A stretch of DNA of 64,000 nucleotides from Escherichia phage phiEC1: the sequence record KY608965.1; one strand, given 5' to 3'. Below are positions 13,023 to 22,433 of the stretch, piece by piece. Numbering within the stretch: position 1 is the stretch's first letter; the number at the start of each line of letters is the position of its first letter. A model generated the notes under the pieces. It worked only from the letters and a program-made list of their open reading frames with translations, was not told the origin of the DNA and searched no databases. The position numbers and the translations under genes were made by a program.

Positions 13023-14306
13023 ATGAGTAAAATCCAAAAATTATTGCGTGAATCTACAACGTCTACTAGCAACTCAATCGGTCGCCCAAATCTCGTTGCT
13101 TTGACTCGCGCTACGACTAAATTAATATATTCTGACATTGTGGCAACACAAAGAACTAATCAACCTGTTGCTGCTTTTTATGGTATTAAATATCTTAACC
13201 CAGACAACGAATTAACATTTAAAACTGGTGCTACTTATGCAGGCGAAGCTGGATATGTAGACCGAGAAAAAATTACTGAGCTCACAGAAGAATCAAAAGT
13301 CACACTAAATAAAGGTGATTTTTTCAAATATAATAATATCGTCTATAAAGTGTTAGAAGATACGCCGTTTGCAGATATTCAGGAAAGTGATCTAGAATTA
13401 GCTCTTCAGATTGCGGTCGTTCATTTAAAGGTACGGCTATTTTCAGATGCAGCGGTAACAAGCAAATTTGAAAGCTCTGGTAGCGAAATTTCTGATGCAA
13501 GATTCCAGATTAATAAATGGCAAACTTCAGTCAAATCTCGTAAACTTAAAACCGGCCTCACGGTTGAATTAGCGCAAGATTTAGAAGCGAATGGATTTGA
13601 TGCCCCTAACTTCTTAGAAGATTTGCTTGCTACTGAAATGGCTGATGAAATTAATAAAGATATTCTTCAGTCTTTAATTACTGTATCTAAACGTTATAAA
13701 GTTACTGGAATTACTGACACCGGATTTATTGACTTGAGTTATGCATCTGCTCCGGAAGCAGGTCGTTCGTTATATCGAATGGTGTGTGAAATGGTTTCGC
13801 ATATCCAAAAAGAGTCAACTTATACTGCAACGTTTTGCGTAGCTTCAGCTCGTGCAGCTGCTATTCTTGCTGCTTCTGGTTGGTTAAAACATAAGCCGGA
13901 AGATGATAAGTATCTTTCACAAAATGCTTATGGATTCTTGGCAAATGGATTACCTCTTTACTGCGATACCAACAGTCCGTTAGATTATGTTATTGTGGGT
14001 GTTGTAGAAAATATCGGCGAAAAAGAGATTGTAGGGTCCATCTTTTATGCTCCATACACTGAAGGAATGGATTTAGACGACCCGGAACATGTCGGTGCAT
14101 TTAAAGTTGTAGTTGATCCGGAAAGCTTACAACCGTCTATAGGTTTATTGGTTAGATATGCTTTATCAGCAAATCCTTACACAGTAGCAAAAGATGAAAA
14201 AGAAGCGAGAGTAATTGATGGCGGGGACATGGATAAAATGGCAGGACGTTCAGACTTGTCTGTTTTACTCGGTGTTAAATTGCCTAAAATTATTATAGAT
14301 GAATAA
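13023..14306 (+). CDS. 24: Capsid vertex protein gp24
   Basis: 427 aa, near-identical to T4 gp24 as recalled (…LLRESTT…SNSIGRPNLVALTRATTKLIYSDIVATQRTNQPVAAFYGIKYLNPDNE…). Confidence 0.97.
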   Translation: MSKIQKLLRESTTSTSNSIGRPNLVALTRATTKLIYSDIVATQRTNQPVAAFYGIKYLNPDNELTFKTGATYAGEAGYVDREKITELTEESKVTLNKGDFFKYNNIVYKVLEDTPFADIQESDLELALQIAVVHLKVRLFSDAAVTSKFESSGSEISDARFQINKWQTSVKSRKLKTGLTVELAQDLEANGFDAPNFLEDLLATEMADEINKDILQSLITVSKRYKVTGITDTGFIDLSYASAPEAGRSLYRMVCEMVSHIQKESTYTATFCVASARAAAILAASGWLKHKPEDDKYLSQNAYGFLANGLPLYCDTNSPLDYVIVGVVENIGEKEIVGSIFYAPYTEGMDLDDPEHVGAFKVVVDPESLQPSIGLLVRYALSANPYTVAKDEKEARVIDGGDMDKMAGRSDLSVLLGVKLPKIIIDE

Positions 14307-14310
14307 ACGA

Positions 14311-14336
14311 AAAAGGGACCGTAAGGTCCCTTTTTT
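14311..14336. terminator. Bidirectional rho-independent terminator between gene 24 (+) and rnlB (-)
   Basis: AAAA-GGGACCGTAAGGTCCC-TTTTTT: hairpin flanked by A-tract and T-tract. Confidence 0.85.
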
Positions 14337-14337
14337 G

Positions 14338-15336
14338 TTATGATACTAATTCAATCCATGCAGGACGCAGAACATCTTGCACCATTCTAATTAATTCTTT
14401 CTTAACAAGACTCGGGTCATTGGATGATGTTAATACAATACCTTCACGAGAAGTTTCTTCTAGAATATCTTTAACAGTCAATCCAGTCACTTTACCGAAA
14501 TCTTTTGGCGTTACAGTCCCAATCTTAGAAATCACATTGTTAACACGATTTAGTGTAACATAACAAGCTAGAACATCAAGCAAGTTTTTGTCAATTTCAG
14601 TTAATTGAACCTTAGTTTTAATAGGCTTATCAGACTTTTTCTTTTCACTGAATTTAGAGTTCTTGCACTTAATCGCTACACGAGTACCGTTTGGCAGCCA
14701 TTTAGGGAAACAAGGCTTCAGAACATAACCTTCTGCAGTATTATCACCAATAACATTAGCATCAAATACACAATTATTTGCTTCGACAAGGTCTTCCGAT
14801 GCCGTAGCGTTATAAGCGGCTAAGACGGAATCAAGGTCATTTGGAATCATGATAAGAGAATCAAATGTTCCACGTCCAAGCATTGGTGCCATTTTAAAGC
14901 CGAATTCATTACAGAAATCTTGCATTTCGTAATCGGTCAAATACGTATTATCACCACTTTCTGTATTGATAATGATATCGAACACATAAAAATCTTTTTC
15001 ACCGTAGTCAACACCTTTCTGGATTCCACCACCAGCGAATTCACCGAATACTTGATATGATACGGCTCGAGCTGTGTACATGACTTCTTGAACGGCTTTA
15101 ATAGCCTTATCATACTTCTTGAGTACGATTTCATAACCATAAAAATCTTCTGCTGGAAGAATAGGGCCTGTGCGCTTGGCGCATGTGACGTTGTCACGTT
15201 CAATTATTAACGAGAAGTTGGTCCCGTGGATTTTCTCACGTGCTACCCAAACACCAGTAGTCAAACCATTAGTGTAGAGTTTTTCAATAAACTTAGAGTT
15301 GTAGTGGTTTTCAAGACTGCTGTATTTCTTAAACAT
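14338..15336 (-). CDS. rnlB: RNA ligase 2
   Basis: 332 aa; adenylyltransferase motif EKIHGTNFS; colinear with T4 Rnl2. Confidence 0.93.
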   Translation of the reverse strand: MFKKYSSLENHYNSKFIEKLYTNGLTTGVWVAREKIHGTNFSLIIERDNVTCAKRTGPILPAEDFYGYEIVLKKYDKAIKAVQEVMYTARAVSYQVFGEFAGGGIQKGVDYGEKDFYVFDIIINTESGDNTYLTDYEMQDFCNEFGFKMAPMLGRGTFDSLIMIPNDLDSVLAAYNATASEDLVEANNCVFDANVIGDNTAEGYVLKPCFPKWLPNGTRVAIKCKNSKFSEKKKSDKPIKTKVQLTEIDKNLLDVLACYVTLNRVNNVISKIGTVTPKDFGKVTGLTVKDILEETSREGIVLTSSNDPSLVKKELIRMVQDVLRPAWIELVS

Positions 15337-15427
15337 AAATCACCATTATAAATAATAATATCAAAATAATTAGCAGAGACTCTATCTCCGACCCGATGTT
15401 TAATTTGAATGGATAGAACCTAGATTC

Positions 15428-15453
15428 ATTATACCATCAAAAAATGTAAAGCA
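15428..15453 (-). promoter_or_regulatory. MotA-box middle promoter (TGCTTTA-N13-TATAAT) upstream of rnlB
   Basis: Minus-strand ATGCTTTACATTTTTTGATGGTATAAT; classic T4 middle promoter geometry. Confidence 0.55.
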
Positions 15454-15455
15454 TA

Positions 15456-15707
15456 TTAGAACTTGATTTCTATCCAATGTCCATCACGTTGGTCGTGATT
15501 AATTTTGTACTGAAAGCCGTTATCACGAAGCCATTGACCGATTTGCTCGGTGATAGTTAAATCATTCTTTGACGGATAGTACGTGAATTGTGTCTGGCCT
15601 TTGTCAGCGGCTTTCTCTGCCATCACAGAGAAGTTAGTAATAAAATCACTCAACAAATTGGCCTTAGTGGCCAGAGCCCTTTCTCTTAATTCCTGTGCAA
15701 AACTCAT
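15456..15707 (-). CDS. Hypothetical protein (24.x-like)
   Basis: 83-aa ORF in the rnlB-hoc interval, translationally coupled to the upstream ORF. Confidence 0.6.
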   Translation of the reverse strand: MSFAQELRERALATKANLLSDFITNFSVMAEKAADKGQTQFTYYPSKNDLTITEQIGQWLRDNGFQYKINHDQRDGHWIEIKF

Positions 15708-15898
15708 TTCTTCACCTTTTTGTTAATCAAACGTTTACGGTATACAACTTTTTCTTTTGCTTTAAACTTTGACCGAGCTGTCTCGGCTTTAGTCCATAGT
15801 AATCCAACTTCTTTAGGTTGTAAACCAATTTTTTGAGCAATTTCTACGAATGAAAATCCCGCCTCATGTAATGTATAAACTTCAACTTCAGCTCTCAT
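15704..15898 (-). CDS. Hypothetical small basic protein with possible helix-turn-helix
   Basis: 64 aa; GFSFVEIAQKIGLQPKEVG resembles an HTH; lysine-rich C-terminus. Confidence 0.5.
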   Translation of the reverse strand: MRAEVEVYTLHEAGFSFVEIAQKIGLQPKEVGLLWTKAETARSKFKAKEKVVYRKRLINKKVKK

Positions 15899-15999
15899 AA
15901 TCGATCCCGTATTATTTGGTTTGTGCCATTATATACATCAATCTCAAGTTGTGTTTTGTATGCTTTAAAAACGAAGAAAGGGGCCGAAGCCCCTTACGA

Positions 16000-17130
16000 T
16001 TATGGATATGTATAGATGATACCAGTTTCTAAAGCAGTTTTATTGATGACGTATCCATTACGTGATTCTTGAACATCAACTTCCGGATAGTCTTTCATCA
16101 TCTTCTGAAGCGTATAACGATGCAGGTAGTATTTACTATCTAGATCGTCAATTTTCCAATCTTTACCTTCTTCAGTCATTTTTTGGATTTCATCCATAAC
16201 CCACCAACCGCACCAGATGTAAGCTGAAGTACGATGTGGAAGAGGATGAACATAAGGTAATTCACCTTCTGGTTCCGGAGCAACTTTATCAGTCACTTGA
16301 ACTTGACCTTCTGCTGTAATAGTTTTGCTATCATAGTCATCTGCAGTAACGATGGCAGTCACTTCAATAGTTTGACTTCCAACAGATGAAGTATCAACGG
16401 TATATACATTAGTTGACCCTTCTACAGGAGAAGAATCTTTCTTCCATGAATATTCAATTTGCGCTTCTTCTGGGGCATCAGTGACATTAACAGTAAATGT
16501 AGCTGAAGCATCTTGCTGAACGTTAATAGAAGGAGGAGTCAATGTAACCTGTGGATTCATTGTCTTCTTATTAACCGTTAATGATACTTCATTCGAAGTA
16601 ACTTCCTTTGCATCATAATCTGTCGCAGTTACTTGAGCTACACATTTAATTCTTTTTACTCCACTTGTAGTTGGAGTATAGCTAAATGTAGAGTTAGTTT
16701 CTCCACCAACCTGTGAATCATCTACATACCACTGATACGTAGCAGACGCTCCAGCCGGTTGAGAAGCTAAGGCAGCAGTAAATTGAACTGGGGTTCCAAT
16801 TACTCCAGCTGAAGGACTATTGGGAGTTACTGCCAACGTAGTTGTCTGAGTTTTATTTTTAACCGTGATAGTCGTAGTAATTTCTGCCGTTTCAGCGTCA
16901 GTATCAGGAATAGTATTTGTTGCAACAACTTTAATTGTTTTTGTTCCGGCAGGTCCTTTTAACACATAATCAAAAGTTTCTGCCGATCCTACTTGAGGAG
17001 CATCATCCACAGTCCAAGCATATGTAATAGTTCCACCTTCAGTTTCACCACTGGGAGTGGCAGTAAACTGCTTAGTCTCATCTATAACTCCAGTAGGTGT
17101 TTTAGGAGTTATATCAACTGTAAAAGCCAT
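16000..17130 (-). CDS. hoc: Highly immunogenic outer capsid protein Hoc (Ig-like domains)
   Basis: 376 aa, Thr/Val-rich Ig-like repeats, conserved C-terminal capsid-binding region (…YVHPLPHR…YIWCGWWVMDEIQKMTEEGKDWK…). Confidence 0.95.
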   Translation of the reverse strand: MAFTVDITPKTPTGVIDETKQFTATPSGETEGGTITYAWTVDDAPQVGSAETFDYVLKGPAGTKTIKVVATNTIPDTDAETAEITTTITVKNKTQTTTLAVTPNSPSAGVIGTPVQFTAALASQPAGASATYQWYVDDSQVGGETNSTFSYTPTTSGVKRIKCVAQVTATDYDAKEVTSNEVSLTVNKKTMNPQVTLTPPSINVQQDASATFTVNVTDAPEEAQIEYSWKKDSSPVEGSTNVYTVDTSSVGSQTIEVTAIVTADDYDSKTITAEGQVQVTDKVAPEPEGELPYVHPLPHRTSAYIWCGWWVMDEIQKMTEEGKDWKIDDLDSKYYLHRYTLQKMMKDYPEVDVQESRNGYVINKTALETGIIYTYP

Positions 17131-17139
17131 AAGTTATCC

Positions 17140-17808
17140 TTATTTTAATGTTACGAAAGAAGAATTACGAGTTTCACGAATTAGGACTGATCCATCGCGA
17201 TTAATATAATAAATTAAGCTAAATAATGTTTGGTGAGCAGAAGCATGCACAAAACTAGTTGGGCGGGATTTCCAATCAGGTGTTTCGGCTATCCATTGAT
17301 AAATCCACCAAGGAACAGTAACATACCCTGGGCCTTTGCCTAATTTAATAAGTGTAGGACTAAAATTTTCAGGCAGAACAAATTTTACTTCTTTATTTAC
17401 CTCTGACTCAGGCTCTTTTTCAGATTCAACAACCTGAGTAATTGCTTCTTCGAATATATCATGGTCGAATTCTTTTTCTTGTTCGACAACTTCTAATACT
17501 TCAACTTGTTCTGTTGGAGAATCAAACAACAGAATAGCTTCTTCTTTAACCTCTTCGTTGGTGAAATTAACACCGTCCACATCATCTGCGGCAGTAATTA
17601 AATCGGTGATAGATAATCCATCAGTTTCAGGTAACGGTTCATCAGCCAGTGCGTTAAGAGCTTCTTCAATATCAATAACAATATTATCGAATGATTTTGT
17701 TTTCTTAACACTAATGCCAAATTGTTCCGCATATTCAAACAGTTTAGCTTTGGCTTCCTTTTTATCGGAAAGAGCACGTAACTCTTCAATATAGTCTTTA
17801 TCGATCAT
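17140..17808 (-). CDS. inh: Inhibitor of prohead protease Inh
   Basis: 222 aa acidic protein between hoc and uvsW as in T4. Confidence 0.8.
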   Translation of the reverse strand: MIDKDYIEELRALSDKKEAKAKLFEYAEQFGISVKKTKSFDNIVIDIEEALNALADEPLPETDGLSITDLITAADDVDGVNFTNEEVKEEAILLFDSPTEQVEVLEVVEQEKEFDHDIFEEAITQVVESEKEPESEVNKEVKFVLPENFSPTLIKLGKGPGYVTVPWWIYQWIAETPDWKSRPTSFVHASAHQTLFSLIYYINRDGSVLIRETRNSSFVTLK

Positions 17809-17821
17809 AGTATTTCCTCAT

Positions 17822-17829
17822 TATAAATA
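17822..17829 (+). promoter_or_regulatory. Late promoter TATAAATA upstream of uvsW
   Basis: Exact TATAAATA about 30 nt upstream of the uvsW ATG. Confidence 0.6.
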
Positions 17830-17858
17830 TAACTATATTTATTACATGGTAATTTGAC

Positions 17859-19373
17859 ATGACTGACATTAAAGTACATTTTCATGATTTTAGTCACGTT
17901 CGCATTGAATGCGACGAAAGTACGTTTTACGAACTTCGTGACTTTTTTAGCTTTGAAGCTGACGGGTATAAATTTAACCCAAAATATCGCTATGGGCAAT
18001 GGGATGGTAGAATTAGACTTTTAGATTACAATCGTTTGTTACCATATGGACTTGTAGGTCAAATAAAAAAGTTCTGTAACAATATGAGTTATTCTGTATG
18101 GATTGACCCTAAAATCTTTGAGACTGAAGACCTTACCAGGGAAGATTTTGACGCATGGCTTTCTAAACAAGAAATTTATTCGGGCAACACCAAAATCGAA
18201 CCACATTGGTATCAAAAAGATGCAGTATATGAAGGACTAGTTAATCGTCGTCGAATTTTAAACCTTCCGACATCAGCAGGTAAATCACTAATCCAAGCAC
18301 TTTTAGCTCGGTATTATCTAGAGAACTATGAAGGTAAAATTCTCATTATCGTCCCTACAACAGCATTGACAACCCAGATGGCTAATGATTTTGTTGATTA
18401 TAGCTTGTTTAGTCATTCGATGATTAAGAAAATTGGCGGTGGTGCTGATAAAGCGGACAAATCTAAAAACGACGCTCCAATTATTGTTGGCACATGGCAA
18501 ACGGTAGTTAAGCAGCCTAAAGAATGGTTCTCTCAGTTCGGTATGATGATGAATGATGAATGCCACTTAGCAACAGGCAAAAGTATTTCTTCAATCATCT
18601 CAGGATTAAATAATTGCATGTTTAAATTCGGTTTATCTGGCTCATTAAGAGACGGAAAAGCCAATGTAATGCAGTACGTAGGTATGTTCGGCGAAATCTT
18701 CCGTCCTGTTAGCACGTCTAAATTAATGGAAGACGGACAGGTAACTGAGCTTAAGATTAATAGTATTTTCCTTCGTTATCCGGACGAATTCACGGTTAAA
18801 TTAAAAGGTAAAACATACCAAGAAGAAGTTAAAATTATTACCGGACTAAAACGTCGTACAAAGTGGATTGCTCAACTTTCGGTCAAATTGGCTAAGAAAG
18901 ACGAGAACGCCTTTGTAATGTTTAAACACGTTACACACGGTAAAGAAATATTTGAAGCTATTAAAGAGCTTGGATACGAAAAAGTTTATTACGTATCGGG
19001 TGAAGTTGATACTGAAACACGTAACGCGCTTAAAGTCATGGCAGAAAATGGTAAAGGCATTATTATTGTCGCATCATATGGAGTATTCTCTACTGGTATT
19101 TCAGTCAAGAATCTTCATCATGTTATTTTTGCCCATGGTGTTAAATCAAAAATTATCGTACTTCAAACCGTAGGTCGTGTGCTTCGTAAGCACGGTTCTA
19201 AAGCTGTTGCTACAGTTTGGGATCTCATCGATGACGCAGGTGTAAAACCTAAATCATTAAATACTAAAAAGAAGTATACTCATCTTAATTACTTGTTAAA
19301 ACACGGTATTGATCGTATCCAGCGTTACGCTGATGAGAAATTTAACTATGTAATGAAAACAATTAATTTATAA
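17859..19373 (+). CDS. uvsW: UvsW RNA-DNA/DNA-DNA helicase
   Basis: 504 aa; Walker A PTSAGKS, DEAD-like NDECH; colinear with T4 UvsW. Confidence 0.95.
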   Translation: MTDIKVHFHDFSHVRIECDESTFYELRDFFSFEADGYKFNPKYRYGQWDGRIRLLDYNRLLPYGLVGQIKKFCNNMSYSVWIDPKIFETEDLTREDFDAWLSKQEIYSGNTKIEPHWYQKDAVYEGLVNRRRILNLPTSAGKSLIQALLARYYLENYEGKILIIVPTTALTTQMANDFVDYSLFSHSMIKKIGGGADKADKSKNDAPIIVGTWQTVVKQPKEWFSQFGMMMNDECHLATGKSISSIISGLNNCMFKFGLSGSLRDGKANVMQYVGMFGEIFRPVSTSKLMEDGQVTELKINSIFLRYPDEFTVKLKGKTYQEEVKIITGLKRRTKWIAQLSVKLAKKDENAFVMFKHVTHGKEIFEAIKELGYEKVYYVSGEVDTETRNALKVMAENGKGIIIVASYGVFSTGISVKNLHHVIFAHGVKSKIIVLQTVGRVLRKHGSKAVATVWDLIDDAGVKPKSLNTKKKYTHLNYLLKHGIDRIQRYADEKFNYVMKTINL

Positions 19374-19398
19374 GGGCTTCGGCCCTTAGGAGATAAAA

Positions 19399-19632
19399 AT
19401 GGTACTTGAATTTAAACAATTTTTATACGAAGCATCTATTGACGAATTCATGGGTAAAATTGCTAGTTGTCATACCTTAGAAGGGCTTGAAGAATTGGAA
19501 GCTTATTATAAGAAACGTATAAAAGAAACGGAATTAAAAGATACAGATGATATTTCTGTCAGGGATGCCTTAGCAGGTAAGCGTGCCGAACTTGAAGGCG
19601 ACGATGATGAGGATGAGGAAGAAGACTTCTAA
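19399..19632 (+). CDS. uvsW.1: UvsW.1 small acidic protein
   Basis: 77 aa immediately downstream of uvsW; acidic DDDEDEEEDF tail. Confidence 0.85.
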   Translation: MVLEFKQFLYEASIDEFMGKIASCHTLEGLEELEAYYKKRIKETELKDTDDISVRDALAGKRAELEGDDDEDEEEDF

Positions 19633-19693
19633 TTAAAAAAAGGCCCGACCTTTTTGGAAGGGCCAAAAACCATAGGCAAAAAAGGTAACACTA

Positions 19694-19858
19694 TAGTAAA
19701 AGTTGGGTTTCGTTCAATTGCTCTTCTGAACTTTCTGAAACCGGCAATTGTTGTACATAATTATAACAAGGACCAGGATGTGCTGGACCTTTGTCTGTTT
19801 CAACAACCAATGCAGAATCGATTGGAGTTTTACAGACAACACAAATCTTATCTGACAT
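19694..19858 (-). CDS. Small Cys-containing protein (uvsY.-2-like), 54 aa; not in ORF track
   Basis: Hand-translated MSDKICVVCKTPIDSALVVETDKGPAHPGPCYNY…; AGGAGG SD about 6 nt upstream of ATG; C-x2-C…C motif. Confidence 0.5.
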
Positions 19859-19890
19859 GATTGCCTCCTAAGTTGAAATTACATATCTAT

Positions 19891-20115
19891 TTATACCATT
19901 CGCATGCACATATCGATACCCATATCTTTTGTATAAAAATACTCGTCGATGTACCCAGCAAACTTCCCTTTAATATAAAGGACGTCTTCGCCACAAGGAT
20001 GGTCTGCCAGGATACGAATATCCTGACGACGTAGATGATACTTTTCCATTAAGAATTTAATTTCAGTTTCAAATTCTTCATCATTATTAAAGGCATCTTC
20101 AATTGAATAACGCAT
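19891..20115 (-). CDS. Hypothetical protein (uvsY.-1-like)
   Basis: 74-aa ORF directly downstream of uvsY on the same strand, stop/start coupled. Confidence 0.65.
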   Translation of the reverse strand: MRYSIEDAFNNDEEFETEIKFLMEKYHLRRQDIRILADHPCGEDVLYIKGKFAGYIDEYFYTKDMGIDMCMRMV

Positions 20116-20528
20116 TATTGCCCCGCTTCAAATTCTCGCATATCTTGGATATGTTTAAGTGCAAAACTACGAGACTTAACTGCGTCAAGTGCACCACTAC
20201 AGAACTCAAGTAAAATTCCCCAGTATTGTAAAGTAGTCTCTATTTTAAGCACATCTTTATCTGCGGCCAGGACAGTTTTCATTTCAGATTTCTCATATCG
20301 GTCCATACTGAATTCATCACCATCACCTCGTCCCGAGTAGTAGTCTAATCTTGCTTTTAGAGCAGTTTTCTTCTGAGTCTCTATACGCAACATTTCTTTA
20401 CGAATAAATGAGTGCTTACGTAGCCATTTGCTGTATAACTTAACATTATTCGCCGTCTCATATTGCAACTTTGTCGTATCAATAGCTAAGTCTGCGTCTA
20501 ACTCTTCCTGTAAATCTTCCAGCTTCAT
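20115..20528 (-). CDS. uvsY: UvsY recombination mediator
   Basis: Colinear with T4 UvsY from MKLEDLQEEL…; track ORF extends 27 codons upstream, trimmed to the ATG that has an SD. Confidence 0.9.
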   Translation of the reverse strand: MKLEDLQEELDADLAIDTTKLQYETANNVKLYSKWLRKHSFIRKEMLRIETQKKTALKARLDYYSGRGDGDEFSMDRYEKSEMKTVLAADKDVLKIETTLQYWGILLEFCSGALDAVKSRSFALKHIQDMREFEAGQ

Positions 20529-20583
20529 AATGTTCTCTCTTTTAACTAATAATCTCCCGGCTGTATCGGAAGGACCTAAAACC

Positions 20584-20608
20584 ATTATACATAGGTTGCC
20601 TTGAAGCA
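20584..20608 (-). promoter_or_regulatory. MotA-box middle promoter (TGCTTCA-N12-TATAAT) upstream of uvsY
   Basis: Minus-strand AATGCTTCAAGGCAACCTATGTATAAT abutting the gene 25 stop. Confidence 0.55.
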
Positions 20609-21007
20609 TTACACTCTATTGCTTGATGCTAACTGAAGTTTGATTTGTTCGATATCATCAGGGTTATCTACGACCGAAAATCTAATCTCTACTATAACTG
20701 TATAGTCATCATATACTGGCATTACACTTACAGAAAGTTTGTCGATGCGCGGCTCATAGTTACGGACGGCTGCCTGGATATTACGCTCAATCGTATCAGC
20801 TGTAAGTGGTGTCATGTTCTCGAAAAGTTCATCAACCAAATCGCATCCAAATTCAGGGTCGAAGGGGCGTGAGCCTTTTCTAGTTGTCACTATACCAAGA
20901 AGACTATTTTTAATAGAACGAAGTCCTACAGAACGAGCAACGTCCTTGTTCCAATCCATACGCATTTCTGGGTCGATATCTGAATAAAGTTTATTGATAT
21001 TAGACAT
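20609..21007 (-). CDS. 25: Baseplate wedge protein gp25
   Basis: 132 aa, colinear with T4 gp25. Confidence 0.92.
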   Translation of the reverse strand: MSNINKLYSDIDPEMRMDWNKDVARSVGLRSIKNSLLGIVTTRKGSRPFDPEFGCDLVDELFENMTPLTADTIERNIQAAVRNYEPRIDKLSVSVMPVYDDYTVIVEIRFSVVDNPDDIEQIKLQLASSNRV

Positions 21008-21633
21008 TATAGTAACTCAAAGAATTCTTTGAGGCCTCGTATTGTGTGAACGTGTGACGCCCCACATTTGGGACATTTAATAGGCGTTGCCAGATAAATT
21101 GATGGCGATACCAAAAGATTTTTAATATTGATCATGTCATCTTCTGTTATAAGGCCGTAAAGGTCGTTTATTTCGGCTTCAGTTAAATCTTCAACAGGGA
21201 TGGACTCTCCATTGACAAAAACGGCCTCAATACATGAAGCAATCATTAATGCGATATTTTTATCGTCAAATAATTTAGGTTGGCGGAACTTAATTTTAAT
21301 ACCACTAAACGAATACCAGGGATCGGCCTGTTCATCCAATTGAGTATGCAATAAATTCATATAGACTTGAAATGAATGCCCACAGGAACAATTCCAGGTG
21401 TGTTCTTGATTCACTTCACCTAACGAATGTGCCCACAGATTTACCAACAATAGCTCGGCTTCTTGTTTAGTCAAGTTTTTAGCATTAGAGCAATTAGTGA
21501 TAATATTGTTCACTGCTGATTCAATAGTACCGGTAGCCCGCGCACCTATGAGTCCTAAATATTCTTTTAAAGTAAAGGCTCTACAATTCACTTCTTTATC
21601 GCCTAAACGTACGGTAAACGTATATTTGTACAT
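21007..21633 (-). CDS. 26: Baseplate hub protein gp26
   Basis: 208 aa, divergent from gene 51 as in T4. Confidence 0.85.
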   Translation of the reverse strand: MYKYTFTVRLGDKEVNCRAFTLKEYLGLIGARATGTIESAVNNIITNCSNAKNLTKQEAELLLVNLWAHSLGEVNQEHTWNCSCGHSFQVYMNLLHTQLDEQADPWYSFSGIKIKFRQPKLFDDKNIALMIASCIEAVFVNGESIPVEDLTEAEINDLYGLITEDDMINIKNLLVSPSIYLATPIKCPKCGASHVHTIRGLKEFFELL

Positions 21634-21651
21634 GTTAACTCCTTTATTGTT

Positions 21652-21663
21652 TATTTATAAATA
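21652..21663. promoter_or_regulatory. Overlapping divergent late promoters (TATAAATA on both strands) for genes 26 and 51
   Basis: tttatttataaataata: plus-strand TATAAATA and minus-strand TATAAATA share the palindromic core ATTTATAAAT. Confidence 0.6.
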
Positions 21664-21680
21664 ATAGAAAAGGAGTAATT

Positions 21681-22433
21681 ATGGCTAATATAATTCGTTG
21701 TAAATTACCGGATGGTGTTCATCGTTTCAAGCCGTTCACCGTGGCGGATTATAGAGACTTTTTACTAGTTAGAAATGACATCGAACATCGTTCACCACAA
21801 GAACAAAAAGAAATAATTGCCGATCTGATTGATGATTATTTTAATGAATACCCTAAAACATGGCAACCATTTATATTCTTGCAAGTTTTTGCAGGCTCTA
21901 TAGGCAAAACAAAAGTTCCCGTTATTTTCACTTGCCCTAAATGCTCTAAAGAAAAAACTGCACCATTTGAGATATATCAAAAAGAACTAGTCGAACCTGA
22001 ACTTGATGTTGCTGGTATAAAAATACGTTTTTCTTTCCCTGAAAAGTTTTATGACAACAAAGCATTAATGATAAGTGAAAACATAAAAGAAGTATATTAT
22101 AACGATGAATGGTACCCATGGAATGATTTGACTGAAGAGAACCAAATCCAAGTAATAGAAGCAATAGACATTGACTCACTCGAGAAGGTTATTGCTTCTA
22201 TGAACCCTATTAATTTGACCCTTAGATTAGGTTGTTGTGAACGTCATGTTAAAACATATACTGATATCTTAGAGGTTTTTAAATTGTTAGTTAACCCTGA
22301 TGAGATTTTTACATTCTATCAGATAAACCATTCACTAGTAAAGAGTCAATACACATTGGATTCTATTATGCAAATGATTCCTGTTGAACGTGGTATTGCT
22401 TTAACATTAGTAGAAAAGGACCATAAAAAATGA
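21681..22433 (+). CDS. 51: Baseplate hub assembly catalyst gp51
   Basis: 250 aa; position and Cys-x2-C motifs as in T4 gp51. Confidence 0.85.
   Translation: MANIIRCKLPDGVHRFKPFTVADYRDFLLVRNDIEHRSPQEQKEIIADLIDDYFNEYPKTWQPFIFLQVFAGSIGKTKVPVIFTCPKCSKEKTAPFEIYQKELVEPELDVAGIKIRFSFPEKFYDNKALMISENIKEVYYNDEWYPWNDLTEENQIQVIEAIDIDSLEKVIASMNPINLTLRLGCCERHVKTYTDILEVFKLLVNPDEIFTFYQINHSLVKSQYTLDSIMQMIPVERGIALTLVEKDHKK

Noticed and set aside
17805-17999. 64-aa minus-strand ORF overlapping the uvsW start
   Set aside because: Overlaps the uvsW 5' coding region and the late promoter spacer; no SD; inh already ends at 17808.
19361-19395. Hairpin AAGGGCTTCGGCCCTT at the uvsW stop as a transcription terminator
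   Set aside because: No T-tract follows (it is followed by the uvsW.1 SD and start); more likely an RNA structure or processing element than a terminator.
19654-19860. Plus-strand 68-aa track ORF downstream of uvsW.1
   Set aside because: Begins at a TTG and spans the terminator-like hairpin; the opposite strand carries a better-supported 54-aa ORF with a strong SD in the uvsY operon orientation.
20529-20609. 27-codon N-terminal extension of the uvsY track ORF
   Set aside because: Extension overlaps the middle promoter and the gene 25 stop region; the internal ATG (MKLEDLQEEL) aligns with the T4 UvsY N-terminus as recalled and has an SD.
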